Assembly: GCF_037042905.1 (NCBI RefSeq)
Contig: NC_087245.1
Location: 5,706,001 to 5,770,000, forward strand
Source of the DNA: Lytechinus pictus
Taxonomy: Eukaryota
Length of the DNA stretch: 64,000 nucleotides
Reading direction: 5' to 3'
Position 1 is the stretch's first letter. Every line of letters starts with the position of its first letter. The translations under genes and the position numbers were made by a program. Shown piece by piece: positions 27,774 to 42,099 of this stretch. The notes under the pieces were generated by a model. That model worked only from the letters and a program-made list of their open reading frames with translations. It was not told the DNA's origin and ran no database searches.

Positions 27774-30594
27774 TTTTTTGTTGTTTGCTTTTTTTAATGT
27801 TACGTTTTCAGGTCGGAATATTGCAGCTCGTGCTTTGCACAAGCATTATTTGATTGGCGAGATATCATGTTCATTATTCCCTACAATTATTACATTGTCC
27901 CTTTTTACGTCAGTACATTAAATTTTAATTTTGTTAGATTAAATACCAGCCTATAATGTTGTTGGATTTTTCTGTATGTATTGGATTCAAATCAGTTCAT
28001 GTTTAAATGGAATTCGGTTTGGAGAACATGTTGATGGACAATCATTCCGACCATGGACATGCGGCATATTTAATTTCCTATTCAAAATGCGGAATTATAT
28101 TTAATTGAGATTAGCTTTCCATTCATTGAGCCTGTGCATGTGTGTTTGGATGTGTATGTAACTTTATGTGTGGTGTGTTTGAAGTGAACACTTAATGAGG
28201 GAAATGATACCCTTTTGTCGATGAAGGCCATTCAATATTTTGATTCCAGAAATGCTTCAGAGTATGTAATGAAGGGTTTTAATATTGACTGCTTGGTAAA
28301 TAGTGGTAGTCTTACGTCGTTTTTCACCCTTTAAAGTTTAATCGATTCCATGCATTTAATGTATAGGCCTAATGACTGGTATACAAAACATATCATTGCA
28401 CGGACAGTCATAAAAATTATCAATGTTGTTCAGGTTTACTCTTAATACGTTATTTTTTTCATTGTAGGATATCTGATCACTTAAATTTGTTCCTCATACT
28501 TTTTTTTTTACTTCAGCAAACCAACCTCCAGACCGAATAGAGGACTGCTGCAATCATAGTCAAAGTCGTATAACCACTGTGGATAATTCTTTTATGATAA
28601 AGAGAAATACAAAAATATATAGAATAAGTTAAGAGAAGATTATTCACGTTCATAAGAATAACCGTTCTTCAAATCACTCGACAATTGCAAACAAACTTAA
28701 AATAAAACTAAATTATATTAAAATTTTACGAAACCAGCATGACCACTATAGACATAACAAGTTCTCCTAGATCATTAACAGCCTTTTGAACTCTATTGAT
28801 TAAACGTATAAACTAAACTTTCCTCCCTGAATAGGTTGGATTTGGAAAACACACTCTATTTACGTTGCATCGTTTAGCTTGTATTTTACTGAATAGATTT
28901 ACAATGTATAAAAAATAATTGGGGTTGTGCCTGAAAATTTATATGATTGCAATATGTTGCACTGTTCTAAAAAGTACTTTCGATGAGAGAAGTCAGCTAA
29001 CATGGCTAACTAAAAGTAACTGCATCAGTAGCATGCAATTTCAAATGAATCTCAATCTTTAATCACCTTGCAATTAGGGCCTAACTCTTGCCTTTTTTTA
29101 TATCGACATACTTTAGATTCCACTTTTTCAAGACGGTTCATATTCCTGTGCTGCATCAGCGTGTAACTGTGAACTTCCAATCTTGCTTCCACATCACGTT
29201 TTGATCGTGTTATATCCAACACCTATAGGATATCATCATCAGCGGTTACGACGATTCATCATTTCTCCTGGAGATGATGATGCTATGATTTTCACTCTCA
29301 CTCAAATAGACGGGCAGTCTTTGTCTAAGGTCAATTCGGATTGCGTCATTCCATTTATTTTTTTTTCCAACCAGTTGTTCGCCTTCTATGAGCCATCTTT
29401 TCATTAATTTTCTCTTCACATAAATGTGAAGCCCGTCGGCCTATAGGGACGACTTTAGCAGTTTAGTGAAAATGACAGTGTTTATGATGATGGTGGTGGT
29501 GGTGATGGTGATGATGATGATAATGGGCAATATCTTGCCGATGCTAAGATGAAAAATCATACAAATTTACTTGATATGTTGTCTGAAAACCGTCTTTACG
29601 TAAGGAAAGAGTGTTGCTCCAAATTACTAAGTTTTATCTTTCCACAAGAGGTCTGAACAACAAAGACTGTATGGCGTAGATCACGTTCATTAATACGTAA
29701 CAAGGGACGTAGATATCATGACTTAATCTGGAGAACGCTACTTAATTGATATCAGGAGCCAGATTTGCAGAAATTATTTCCACAAATAATGATCATTCGG
29801 TGTCCCCTGGGTTCTACATGAATTGGATGTAAACCCTTCACTGCATTAGTCTGATGCATTCTCGTTGTTCTCTCCACGTCTCCATAGATGATGTGCTTAG
29901 AAAGACAAAATATTGGGAAGGGTTATTCGTCAAAAATATATTATCGCCCCTTTATAAGATTAAATCACTATCTCCTACAGCCGATAATACGATGGGATAA
30001 TTTGATACTCACAGGATGGGCGTACATTTTTACATGCTGTATATCTTCACCTACATTACATGGTAAGCCAGATATTTGTTGACTAAAGTTGTAGATATTA
30101 TTTAATTATACTTGAACTTGAAAGCCATATATCTTGGACTGCCTCTATTATGTATCTATATAGCAAACATTGTGATCGGTTTATTCATTTGACCTAATAT
30201 GTAAGAGTATTACCAAAATTGCAGTTTCGATGATTTCTTTTTCTTCATTGAGAGTTTTTAATCCTTTCACCCCTCCCTTTTTATTTCTTGCTATACAACT
30301 CGTATTTATCAATGTAATATTTGTAATGAGTTCGTAATGGAAATGTAAACATGTATTTGCTTTTGTTGTCATTTTTGTGTATGAGGTTTTTGCGTTTTTT
30401 CTGTTCTTAAGGAGACTTGTACGTACAGTCAAACTTGCATTTTCAAAAATAATGAATTGAAAGAAAATATCTATTGCAGTCCTTTGATTTTATATAACAG
30501 TATAATGGTCTATATGTAGGCAATGTTAATCATATTCAAGTTGTGGCTCTGGCCATGGATGATTATTATTATTATCAATTCAGAATATGTTTCA

Positions 30595-30970
30595 TTAATG
30601 TCGTTAAGACACCGTAGTCGACTATAAAATAAGTCATAATCATGTCAATATACGACATCAATATAACGTCTAATGTTGATCAGGAATACGTTGCTAAGTC
30701 ATCATTAAGACGTCGTATAACTATACTAGTAGTCGACTATTAAATATGTCATAATAACGTCAATATACGATGTCAATCGGACTCTTGATACTCGTCAGGG
30801 AAACGTTGTAAAGACGTCATTAAGACGTCGTAGTTGACCATTGAAGACGTCATAATCACATGAATTTACGACGACAATATTAAGACTTACGTTGGTGTAA
30901 GTTCTCGTCCTTACGACGTCATTTTACGATGTCAGTATAATGTGGGACTCGTCGTAAAAACGACGTAAAC
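30595..30970. repeat. Degenerate tandem repeat rich in GACGTC motifs
   Basis: Recurring TCATTAAGACGTCGTA...GACTAT...GTCATAAT...TCAATATACGA units about 100-120 bp apart. Confidence 0.65.
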
Positions 30971-31756
30971 AAAGTGTTTTTTAACGTGGCAAATAAAAGG
31001 TACAATTTAAAAAGTCCGCATGTATACTAAGCTATCATTGTACACACGCCACGCAATCAGCCAGTACATAAAAACACACAATAGTCACCACTTGTAGGTT
31101 CATACACACAAATACAAACCCCACACACCCATGGCGCACACATTCACCTTAAACATTGATAGTCAATCACTACATTAAAGGGCCCTAAATGCTGGGGCGG
31201 ATCCAGGATTTTCCAGAAGGGGGCCATTTTTGTAAAGGAAAAATTTGACAAGCAAAAAAAAATAGGCCTCACTATAACACATGCATGACATATTTCCCTA
31301 ATTTTTTTTTGCTGGTATCTCAGGGGGGGGGGGCAAGGGCCGGATGTGCCCCTACCTGGATCTGCCAGTGCCTCAATGGTACACGTTCTGGTTCCGGTAG
31401 CTTCCTCAACACTTGTCTTCTTACATTTTGTCATATTTGAAGACTTTTGATTTGTTGAGAAACTTAGTTCCTATGGCTATGCTAACAGTGAGATTATTCA
31501 GATAAATTGTAAATTACTAGATAAGACACCAGAAACTGTAGTCTGCTTATGAAACACTCCCTCGACGTATCTTAAAAAGATTTATCTTCGAATCTCGATT
31601 AATAAACCAAGTATTTGAGTTCAAATATAATATACATGTATATATGACATTCATGACACTGCATGGAAAATAAAGAAAATTTCGATTAGTGAACACTCCA
31701 TTTTTAAACTAACCCTGCAGCCAACGTTAATCACGCTGTTTTCCTCACATTTACAG

Positions 31757-32801
31757 GTCACGGAACCTCCCTGAAGCAAGTGCGCTGAAGGCTACCGTCC
31801 ATTTCGCGGAATCAACAACCTCTACTATGGGGGATCCCTATATCAACGAATGGATACCGGATGCAAAAAACCTGTTACCAAATTACTTTACGAGGAAAGA
31901 CAGCAAAAAAGATGAACGGAGATACACGGATGGCATCCTTGTATACTTACATCTTAACAAAGCAGCTGGTTCAACGACTAAATCGTGCCTTTCTAAGGTG
32001 GCAAGAAAACGTTCTGTTTCAGGATCAACTGCCGTCTTGTCCAGCACTGCAAGGGTACAGATCCAAAAAAAGCTTGAACATAAAGTTAATTATAACATTC
32101 TCATGGGTGGTTATGCATTCGGTATATGTGATGCAGCTATGGATAAAAATTGCTCGTATTTTACTATATTGAGGGATCCATACGAACGGTTGTTATCATC
32201 GTTCACATACTGCAGGAGAGCTGGTACGGACCAGACCTGCCAAGGTCTAAGTCCGTGGGATGTAACTCTTAAGGAATGGGCCATCCATCAGGGAAGTTAT
32301 TTCTTCCGACAGTTGCTAATGAAACCTTATTTCTGTAACCCAAACCAACACTACACAAACTGGAGCCTCAATGGTATTCCTCATTCCAAAGGTACAACCT
32401 TCTCTCGTTCTCCATGCTGGTTCCGAGAGAAGGTCATCCTGAACCGATCTCTGTCCCCAGCCCTAATGGACAACCTACTAACCTACTGTGTAGAACACCT
32501 AGAAGAGTGGTTCTCTGTCATTGGGCTAACCGATCACTACGACCTCACTCTCGCCATGCTTGAAAAAGTGTACCAAATACCCTTTCAGAAAGCATGTACA
32601 GGGAGTGAAATCAACGTAAGTAACTATCACAACTTGGCAAACGATACCAACGTAAACAAGACTGAGACCGTTTCAGACTGGAAAAGAGAGCTTCAAGAAG
32701 ATCCAGAAGTATATGAAGCTCTTCGAGGAGATATAGTCATTTATGAAAAAGCAAAACAAATATTTGAACGTCAAAAGTTGGCATTCTTTGCAAGAAAATA
32801 G
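31757..32801 (+). CDS. Golgi carbohydrate sulfotransferase exon 2, catalytic domain (Sulfotransfer_2 / HS-OST / Gal3ST-like fold)
   Basis: Acceptor TTTTCCTCACATTTACAG|G; open frame to TAG at 32801; 5'-PSB motif YLHLNKAAGST, 3'-PB motif FTILRDPYERLLSSFTY, C-terminal FSVIGLTDHYD and DIVIYEKAKQIF motifs. Confidence 0.9.
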
Positions 32802-33103
32802 TACATGACGTTGTTGCACGAACTCAGCCCCATGACACTATGCTGACAGTAATATTTGGCTGCGATCCACTGGAGATGCCAGTTTGCCAACAGACTTTTG
32901 CACAATATTAGACAAGAACTCGACACCAGAATTTCGACAAAAGTCTTTCAAACGATTCTTTTTACCAACATTAGTTTGACTGCAGTCTTTCTCGATGAAA
33001 TATCAATATTGTTTGTTGCTCGGGAATCACACTGCTGGAAACAACACACAGTCACCACACTGTGAAACACAATATGATTACATTGTGGTTTACATCGTGC
33101 TTA

Positions 33104-34360
33104 TACCCCCTTTACACCAGATGAAGTTCCTGCTACGTTCTTAAGTTCAGATGAAACCCTAGGACGTGGCGCCAACTTTGTTTGATTATCTTGAAAGATG
33201 TGAATTTTTTTACGTACGTGCCCCTTCGGCGCAAGGTTATTGTGAAGTTTATGCTGCGTATGTGGTGTGCCCATTAAGTTTATTCTGAGAGCAGAACCGG
33301 TCCATGCTTCGTCTAAACGGTTCCCGCTACGTTCTGACTACATACAGCAGAAAGATTGCGCGATTTGCTTTGTCTAGTCGATTTGGACGTGTCGCCAACT
33401 GATACCCCATTGCACCAAAGCTACGTCAATGCAGTTCTCGCGTCAAAGAAAAAATGGCTATGACGCAGTGGGAACTACTGCTACAGCGTACTGAGAGCGT
33501 AGCGAGAACTGTTGTTAACGTGACATTGTCTGCATGATCTCCGGAGACCAATTTGTCGCCACGTGGACTTTGAACATGTCCAAAGTCCACGTAGCGGGAG
33601 CGCCGTCTGAACTGTGCGTAGTAATGACACAGTAAGGACCTATAACAACTCCACCGACGAGGACACTGGACGAACGTGGCAACAACTCTGTTCATATTTA
33701 CTGTACTGCTACTACGCGACATCTACGCAGCAATCACGCACACCCAGTTGTTGGCGCTTCGTACAAATAGATGAAGGTACAACAAGTACAGCAATCTGCT
33801 GGATGGAGTCAGAACGTAGCGGGAACCGCTTCGACGCGACGCAGCATGAGCCGCTTTTGCGCGCATAATAAACCTAGTGAGAACTTCAGAAGAACCTGGC
33901 GCGGACGTAGCATGCAGTTGACAATTTCACTTTTTTTTTGGAAAATCAAATGAAGCTGGGAGGTGCTAGGTATTCTTCGGAATTTGAACAACGTAGCGGG
34001 AACTTCAGCTCATGTATAGAACGTAGTGACGACTGAATGTGCATGGTGGCCGCGCAGTAGACATGGACAGAGTTGTTTCTTGTCTACGGTATACGTCGTT
34101 GGAGCTGTTATAGTAGGTCCTAAGTAGGTCCTAATTGCCACGTCATTACTACGCACTCTTCAGATGGCGATCCTTCTACGTTGACTTTGGACATGTTCAA
34201 AGTTCACGTAGCAGAAAATGGGTCTCCGGAGATCATGCAGACTGTGCCACTTCAATAGCAGTTCTCGCTATGCTCTCAGTAGCAGCACCCATTGCGTCAT
34301 GGCCAGTTTTCAATGACGTAGCGAGAACTGCATGGCCGTAGCGTTTGTGTAAAGGGGGTA
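33104..34360. mobile_element. Composite PIF/Harbinger-type non-autonomous element, TTA target duplication
   Basis: TTA|TACCCCCTTTACAC...GTGTAAAGGGGGTA|TTA; second left-end copy at ~33403; long internal inverted repeats. Confidence 0.75.
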
Positions 34361-35464
34361 TTACATAGTCATTCCTCTGTGGTAATTATATTGGAGCACA
34401 TTTTCTTACTGAGGTACATAGTGTGCTAGTACTGTGAATTATTAGGCTTATAATGACTTCGCAAAGTGGAAAGTCCCCCATGTTATCGCAGTGGAAGTGA
34501 TTATGATTTTTTTTATGTTCCTGTCGTTATATACCACAGTGGGGATTTTTCACTCTGTGGTTAATACCGTTAAGGGACTATAAGTAAAATATTCAGTGTC
34601 GACATAATGTGTAACACAATGTGAGAATGTGTCTAATTTATCACAGTGGAGTGACTATTTGAATACAGTATGACCACATTGAAACACAATGTTTTCATAC
34701 TGTTTCACTTATCTACCTATATTGGTTATAGTTTATAGAAATGGTATTGGATCTGTCATTATCATAAAATTCGTACTTTATATCCGAATTTTCTTACATT
34801 AATTTTCTATGAACAGACAAGAAAGCCCGTAATACGTATTTGTTCTTAAGGCTTGTTACGATCGTCTGCGTTCGCGGAGCGGGGATGGAGCACTGCCGCA
34901 CCCTTTCGAGAAAACCGGGGGAGCTTTTTTTTCGAAAGGGTGGGTTGAGGGCGGGAGTCAAATAAACGCACCTTTTCGGGACAGCCGAGGGAGCTTTTCA
35001 GGAAAGGCTATTTAATAGTTTTCTGAACCAGTTGTTTCTATGAAAATTATTCATCTAACTAAAACAGAATATTAATAGACTATTGGTAGAGGTGCACAGA
35101 TGGGGGGGGGGGGGCTTGGGGCGCCCCCCAAAAAAAATGACGACTAAAAGAGAGAAAGGTGAAATATGATAAAATTTTCTGAATATTTTAATGACTTTGT
35201 CAAAATCTGATACAAATTGGATTTTTCAAATGAAAATGTCTAATTTTCTTTTGCATGACTGGCGATTAATTTGTTTTGGTTAAATATTTTTTTTCGGTGT
35301 TATCCTTCATGCTTCAAGACTTTGCAAAAGTCGAAACAGCGATATTTTAGTCATTTGTCATTTTTAGAACAATTATTGATGTTTCAATACTAATATGCCT
35401 ATCATTTCACATGTATTGCATACGCCAGCTGGTCCCTTTCATGATCTATGGAACTCTAGTATCA

Positions 35465-36605
35465 AATTATTAAAACCTTAGGCTTATTATTGACTCATAT
35501 CTAGACTTTAGAAGTCATGCAAACAAAGTTGCAAAAGATGTTAAGCAAAAGTTGGGTATTTTGAGGAGACTGAGATCTACCTTCTCCGCTGAAAAATTGT
35601 CACAGATTCACTGGGGGTATATAATGCCCTATAATCTCTATTGTTGCAATGTATGGACAGGGAGAAGTGATGTCAATTACGATATCCTTAATCTCCTACA
35701 TAAAAGGGCAGCATACTTAATTTCACACTTAACTTGGGAAACCCCGTCCAATGAAGTATTTAATAAATTATCTTGGCCAACATTGGACAAACTCTTTTGG
35801 AAATCTGCCTGCTGCACAATGTTTAAAATAATCCATGAACTTGCCCCACCTATACTTTCACGTAGAATTGTACGTCTAGACACCGTACTAATGAGGAACT
35901 CTAGACGATCAAATAAAATGAATTTGAGACTCCCAAAATGTTCCACCTCTTTCTATCAAAATTCTTTCCTTTATTCAGGTGCCACAAAGTGGAACAACCT
36001 TCCGGACGCTACGCGGCTAGAAAATCGACTAACTTCCTTTAAATTACTCCTAAAATAATATAATGCAATCACAGATAGGAATATGACATCACTTCTCATA
36101 CTTACAGCCCATGTATTATGTTTTATTATGAATGCATGATCATTTCCTCAATTTGGTTTTTATCCTATGCTATATATACATAAGAATAGATTATGCTTGA
36201 TAGGTCAAATATTACATAATATTCTTTGCTCCTGAACTCTCTCTCTCTCCCTCTCCCTCTCTCACATTTTTCTTCCCTCTCTCTATCTCTGCCTCTCTCT
36301 CCTCTCTGTTTGCCTCTGCCCCCTTTCTTTCTCTCTCTCTCTCTTTCTCCCTCTCTTACCATGTCCTTTTACTTTCTCATTCTGAATCTTATTTTGATGT
36401 GTATATATGTCTTCTTTACTAGTGTTTTCTTTATGTTATGAATTATATGTTTTTAGGTATTAATGCAGAGCCCTGTGGAAGACCAGCAATTTATTAATGA
36501 ACGTTTTAATTTTATATATTGTGTAATTTTACATATTTGTTTGTATAAAGTTGAACAGGCTACTCTGGATAAAGATTTGAAATAAATAAATAAAATAAAT
36601 AAATT
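35465..36605 (+). mobile_element. 5'-truncated CR1/L2-group LINE (post-RT C-terminus and 3' UTR)
   Basis: LGLIIDS.LDF, LGILRRLR, YCCNVW, LHKRAA, SFLYSGATKWNNLP; 3' end AGAGCCCTGTGGAAGACCAG...CAGGCTACTCTG with (TAAA)n tail. Confidence 0.85.
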
Positions 36606-37540
36606 ATATATCGAAGAATTTTCGAAATGGCCCTTTTGTGATTTAACTGATTTATTACTCATTATCAGCCTTTCATTTGATTCTGCACACATTACATAAA
36701 ACAAATTTCTATCATTAAGAGGGAAAGAGAAAGAAACATTGATATGAAATGAAAATAGTGTATGAGGGAGAAAGAAATGATGTACAGAGAGACAACAAGT
36801 GAGAGAAAAAGACAGGGAGGGGGGTTACACAAATAAAGAAAGAGAGACTGGTGTCACAGCGTCAGAAAGTCCAACCCATAGAGATTTATTACTAGTTTAA
36901 TAGTATATATCTCTATGGTCCAACCGCACCAGTTGTCCAAATCAATGTATGGTGTCTTCAAAGAGACCCAGCGAAGATCAAACGATGCAACCGCATCAAA
37001 TGTCCAGGCGTGATCGCGATGTCGTGAATATTAGTGCACATAGGGTCAACGTAGTCTAATATTCAGACCCTTTTAACACTTTTTACTGAAAATTAGGTAA
37101 TGTTACTTTTCCTTATTATTCCACTGGACTGCTGGAATGGTGAGCATAGTGTAATTCCACAGACTTTGAAAAACAAAAGCAAATGCATTTATGGCATTGT
37201 GCAATGTAGTCGAAATTCGCTGACTCTCTAAAAATTGAAAATATTTAAAAGAGACAATATTTACATCTACCTCAAGATCGATGTATGAGTCTAATTCCAT
37301 GAGAACGGGTTGAAAATTGACCTAACTAGTTCAAACCGCAAGAATTTTACCTAATTTTTGCCATAATATACTGTTACTATGGCAACAAATTTCTGACATG
37401 CACATGGGTGTCGATCGGTATTCTTGGTTGGGGGGGATGATTGACACAAATGTTCTTGTGGATGGGGATCTTTCAACATTACCCCCACTAAAATCACAAG
37501 TTAGGACATTTGGGAGTGGTTGATATGCATGGTGTTCTTG

Positions 37541-40227
37541 CAGTGGCGTACCGTGAGTCACGGCATTGGGGGGGAGGGGGTACCAGCAAAATTTTTGAGT
37601 CACTTAGTGAGCGCGCGAAGCGCGCTCAGTTGCCAGGTATACTGACCTAATAGGGACATTTTAAGGACAGTGCCATTAAACGGATATGTATCTCACTGCT
37701 CAAATAATGCGAGCGCGAAGCGCGAGCTGAAAATTATGATATGCAGACCAAAAAAGGACATTATAAGCACATTTTTGTAATCATGATACATACCTGTCTC
37801 GCTAAACAAACAATGCGAGCGCGAAGCGCGAGCTGAAATTTTTGTAAATATTTACCCCAAACAAGGACATGTTAAGGACTATATTTTAGGAATCCATTAA
37901 GAGTATACATATCTCACCATAGTCATCTAATGCGAGTGCAAAGCGCTTGCTGATTTTGCTACATCTAAACACATGAAGCACTTTTTGTAGTCATTGTAAT
38001 CATGATAATACGCATCTCACTCATCAAATATTGCGAGCGCGAAGCGCGAGCTGAAAATTTAGGATATTCAGACCTGAAGAGAGGCATTCTAAGGCCTGTT
38101 TGTAAGAATTCACTAAAACCATACGATATGTATTTCACTAAACAAATGATCATGACGAAAACCTTTCATTTGAAAACACTATACCCCAGTTTCCCTCAAT
38201 CAATTCTCTTCTCCAAGTACGACAAACCATAACTGCCCCAAGCAAGCAATTTAAGTATCAAAACACCTGTTTCTTGACCTCGGTCCGAAGATAACACAAC
38301 AGCCCGAGCAAAGCATGCCGTCATTTTAATTCACTTACTTTCCTTATTTCGAGGTCGATTTTCTTCGTTCGAACTTGAAAATGGACTAACATTGGATTTC
38401 TGAATACAATATGCATTTGAAAACGTGATTAAATATCGAATACAATAATTTCATTCCGAAGGTCCTACTACAGGCAGAGAAGTCTTACGTAATACTGTAT
38501 AAGCTGTAATTTTCGCGGGGGTTTTATTTTCGCGGATTTCGCGAATTGCCGATCGGCCGCGAATTTAACAATGCGCGAAAATATTGACACACTTCTTAGT
38601 CAGTGCCAATGTCCCCAACAGCAAAGCTTTGCTATTGAAAACATATTGTGTAGTGAGAAAATTGAGATATGCACCTCTATATGTACAAAAAATAAGGCTT
38701 AGAAAGTACAGTTAGTGATTCAAAAAGTTAGCTAGAATTTCACTTTTTTTAATTTCTCAAACAAAATCAGAGCCTAAACTATTTTCTAACATTATTTTAT
38801 CAAAATCTATACACTCACTGTAATATTAAAATGTATTTTCCATGAAATAATTTGATTTTATTGTCATCTGATTGACTCTATACACACGTATTGGCAGCTA
38901 TTTGCATACTCATTAATATTCATAAGTCACATGACCAGAGCTTTTGAGGTGAAGATTCTGTTCACAAAATTCCACATTTTTGCACTTTTACCAACTTTTT
39001 GAAAAATTAATAGAACAAAACACATTTTCTAAAGATTGCTTAACCCTATAAATTACAGATCAAACTGTGGCATGATGAATTTTCAGATCTAAAGGTAAAA
39101 AAATTGAAATTTAAACCACCTTTTTCCACAGTTTGTAACTGTTTTTACAGGGACATATTTATGTATAAGAGACACATCAGCATAGAGACTCTGAGTAGAG
39201 ATTTGCATGTGATTTACACTAGTTTTACTTCTTTTAAATGCTGTGGAAATGTTTACTACATCTTCCGATCGCGAATTTAACAACCCGCGAAAATGTCGGG
39301 ACCCCCGCGATTCGCGAAAAATTCTGTACGCGAAAATAACAGCTTCTACAGTAGCACAGCTGTTGTTTATCATTTCGTCCTTGGCTCAACGCTCATAATC
39401 TGGCCTGTGGAGGTAAAATTGAGACAGCGGGGATTACCTGGCCTAGCGGGATTGATCAGGCGGGTGTTTCATAAAGCTGTTCGTAAATAAAGAGCGACTG
39501 GTGATCCTGTCTTGCGGTAAATGGTACACACCATTGGCGAAGATCTAGCGCGCGAGAAAGGATCACCAGTCGTTCTTAAAGTCGCTCTTAACTTACGAGC
39601 AGCTTTATGAAACGGCCCCCTGGGCTTGGAAATGATTTTGGGATTTACAAACGCAAAATGGGGTATAGAACCGCAGTTTGCAATCTGAACTGCGGTCTTT
39701 CTCCAAACGGGGGTTTGACGTAATGATGCGATCGAAAATTTTTGATATTCAGATCAGAAAAAGGGACATTTTAAGGACTGATTTTTAGGAATTCATGAAG
39801 AGCAATCATATCTCACCAATCTACTAGTGCGAACGTAAGCACGGACAGGAAATGTTTTATATTAACACCTTAAAATGGGGCAATCACTTTAAGTAGTCAT
39901 GAAAAAGAACCATATGTCACTTCGTAAAACAATAATAAGTCGAAGTGCGAGGAAATATATTTGGAGTATATTGACTTAAAAACGTTAAACAGACAATGCG
40001 AGTACCGGGAACAATGAAGAAATCTAGGCCTGAGCAAAATAAAGTTATGAAAAAATGTTTCTTATGTATTATAACATAACATTATTATAATATAACATTA
40101 TAATGAACAATAATTTCTTCATTCCCACTACGTTTCTCTTCCTTTCTCCTCTTCCCCGTTTTTTTTTTGGCCAGCCGATTGGGGGGCACGTGCCCCCATG
40201 CCCCCCCCCCCCGTAGTTACGCCACTG
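37541..40227. mobile_element. Non-autonomous hAT element with nested insertions
   Basis: TIR CAGTGGCGTA / TACGCCACTG; perfect 8-bp duplication TGTTCTTG (37533-37540, 40228-40235); internal GCGAGCGCGAAGCGCGAGCTGAAA repeats. Confidence 0.9.
38495..39351. mobile_element. TA-flanked MITE nested in the hAT element
   Basis: TA|CTGTATAAGCTGTAATTTTCGCG...CGCGAAAATAACAGCTTCTACAG|TA. Confidence 0.8.
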
Positions 40228-42099
40228 TGTTCTTGGAAATTATTTCATTATTGCAGTGTACTGTATTTATAATTTTTTTTTGAAAATTCAATTTGTGTTA
40301 CAAGTAAGCCTATTCTAAACTCATACGAAAGAAAAAATGACAAAAATTGTCTGGACCATGTACAAAGTGATCTGTTTATTGGACATGATGTATACAACTT
40401 CTCTCTTAAATCTAAACCCGACTGGCGATATCTTTTTTCTTCTTAATGCATGATGATAAAATGCAGATTCGGACAAATTAAGACTAGTACAAATTAAAAA
40501 CTGTGTGGCTTCTCGTGCGCCATCGGGCTTACCGTCATTCCTTAGACGATTTTAACCCTGGATTTTAACATGTTTTAAATGCTTTATAAGTGCATAAAAC
40601 AAAAACAAAAATAAAAACAATCAAAACTCAACTGTCATGTTATGATATTTCTCCAACATTTTCTTGAACCATCAGTGTGTAATATCAGCTAATATATGTG
40701 TTAAAATGAAATTTACGTACCGCATGAGTGTGCTCATATAGAATGCAAAACTGTCATCCCTTTCCAAACTCAAAAGAGATTTTTTTTTGCCAAAATAAGA
40801 AAGAGCCAATCAAGTTTAGTTATTCAAGTCCATAACAATAACAAGAATAACATGGAAAAAAAAACCGATGTTCAAATCCGATGTTCATATCCGAAGATAC
40901 GCTTTAGAGAGAAATGAATGATTATTCTTTCTGAAACCATTAATTGATTTCACTTATTAAAAAATTGTAAAAATATGATCATATTACCACTGGTGCCTGG
41001 GATGGAACACCCTATCAAAAAAAGTTGTTTTTCGTCGGGGTCCTTTTATGTCATGTGTTAAAAAATATCATATACGTAAACATTTCATTCTTTTTCATCT
41101 TGAACCTCCACCCATCTGTTTAAAAGTCCTGGAAAATAATGTTTTTATTTAATAACAATATACACGAATTGCGAGGGAAACAAACTGACTGATGGCCTAC
41201 TATAATCATCACTATAATCATCATGATCAAACCTTTACATTTTTTCATCATCATTATTATAAATTTTCTACCCTAAATTATTGGGGGGATGATAATACAG
41301 GCCATCCCCCCCCCCCACTTGAAATATTGGGGGGGATATATCCCCCCATCCCCCCGTGATCGACACCCATGGACATGCACATAAGAAATAGGCATATGTC
41401 TTGGACGTTTTTGCCCCAATTCAATGTGCATGCCAATTATGACAATTTGCTGAAAAATGATGAAGTAATTATAAACCGCCGGATTTTTACCCAATATTCG
41501 CCATACAATGTGTTGTTACCACGGCAACACAGTTTCCAACACACTCATAAAACATCTTTGCCTCAATACCGATGTATGAATAAAATACCATGATAATTAT
41601 ACTTAAAAACTGATCTAAGTAGTTCGATCCACTAGATTTTTTAACCATATTTTCACCATTATAAGCTGTTACCATGGCAACGTGACTTCTGACACGCACA
41701 CAGAAAGTTGTCTCAGACATCTTTACCAAGTGGTTGAAAACTGATGAAGAAATTTGAACTGCAGGGTTTTTATACCCAAATTTTGACATAATATGTTGTT
41801 ACCATGACAACACAACACAACTTCCAACACATGCGAAAAATGTGTCTTGCACATCTGTACCAAAAAGACCAATGTGTATTCCAAATTTCATGAGAATTTA
41901 TACTAGGCTTTAAAAGTAAACGTCGGGGCCCACCATATTTCACAACTTCTTATCCACGTCAGATGTCCAGAAAAAAAAGAGATGCGAAAATATTTTTAAA
42001 GATACCATTCAAAATTAATAATAATTATTATGATATATTCAGTTTGTCTTGAATATTCTGATAGTATATTTTTCTGTTAAAGAATGTAAGTTTGAGAGA

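Noticed and set aside
30595..30970. CRISPR-like array
   Set aside because: Units are degenerate along their whole length with no unique spacers; eukaryotic context and no cas genes.
37610..38060. Regularly spaced GCGAGCGCGAAGCGCGAG repeats as an independent array
   Set aside because: Internal repeats of the TSD-bounded hAT element; related motifs occur in other MITE fragments in the window.
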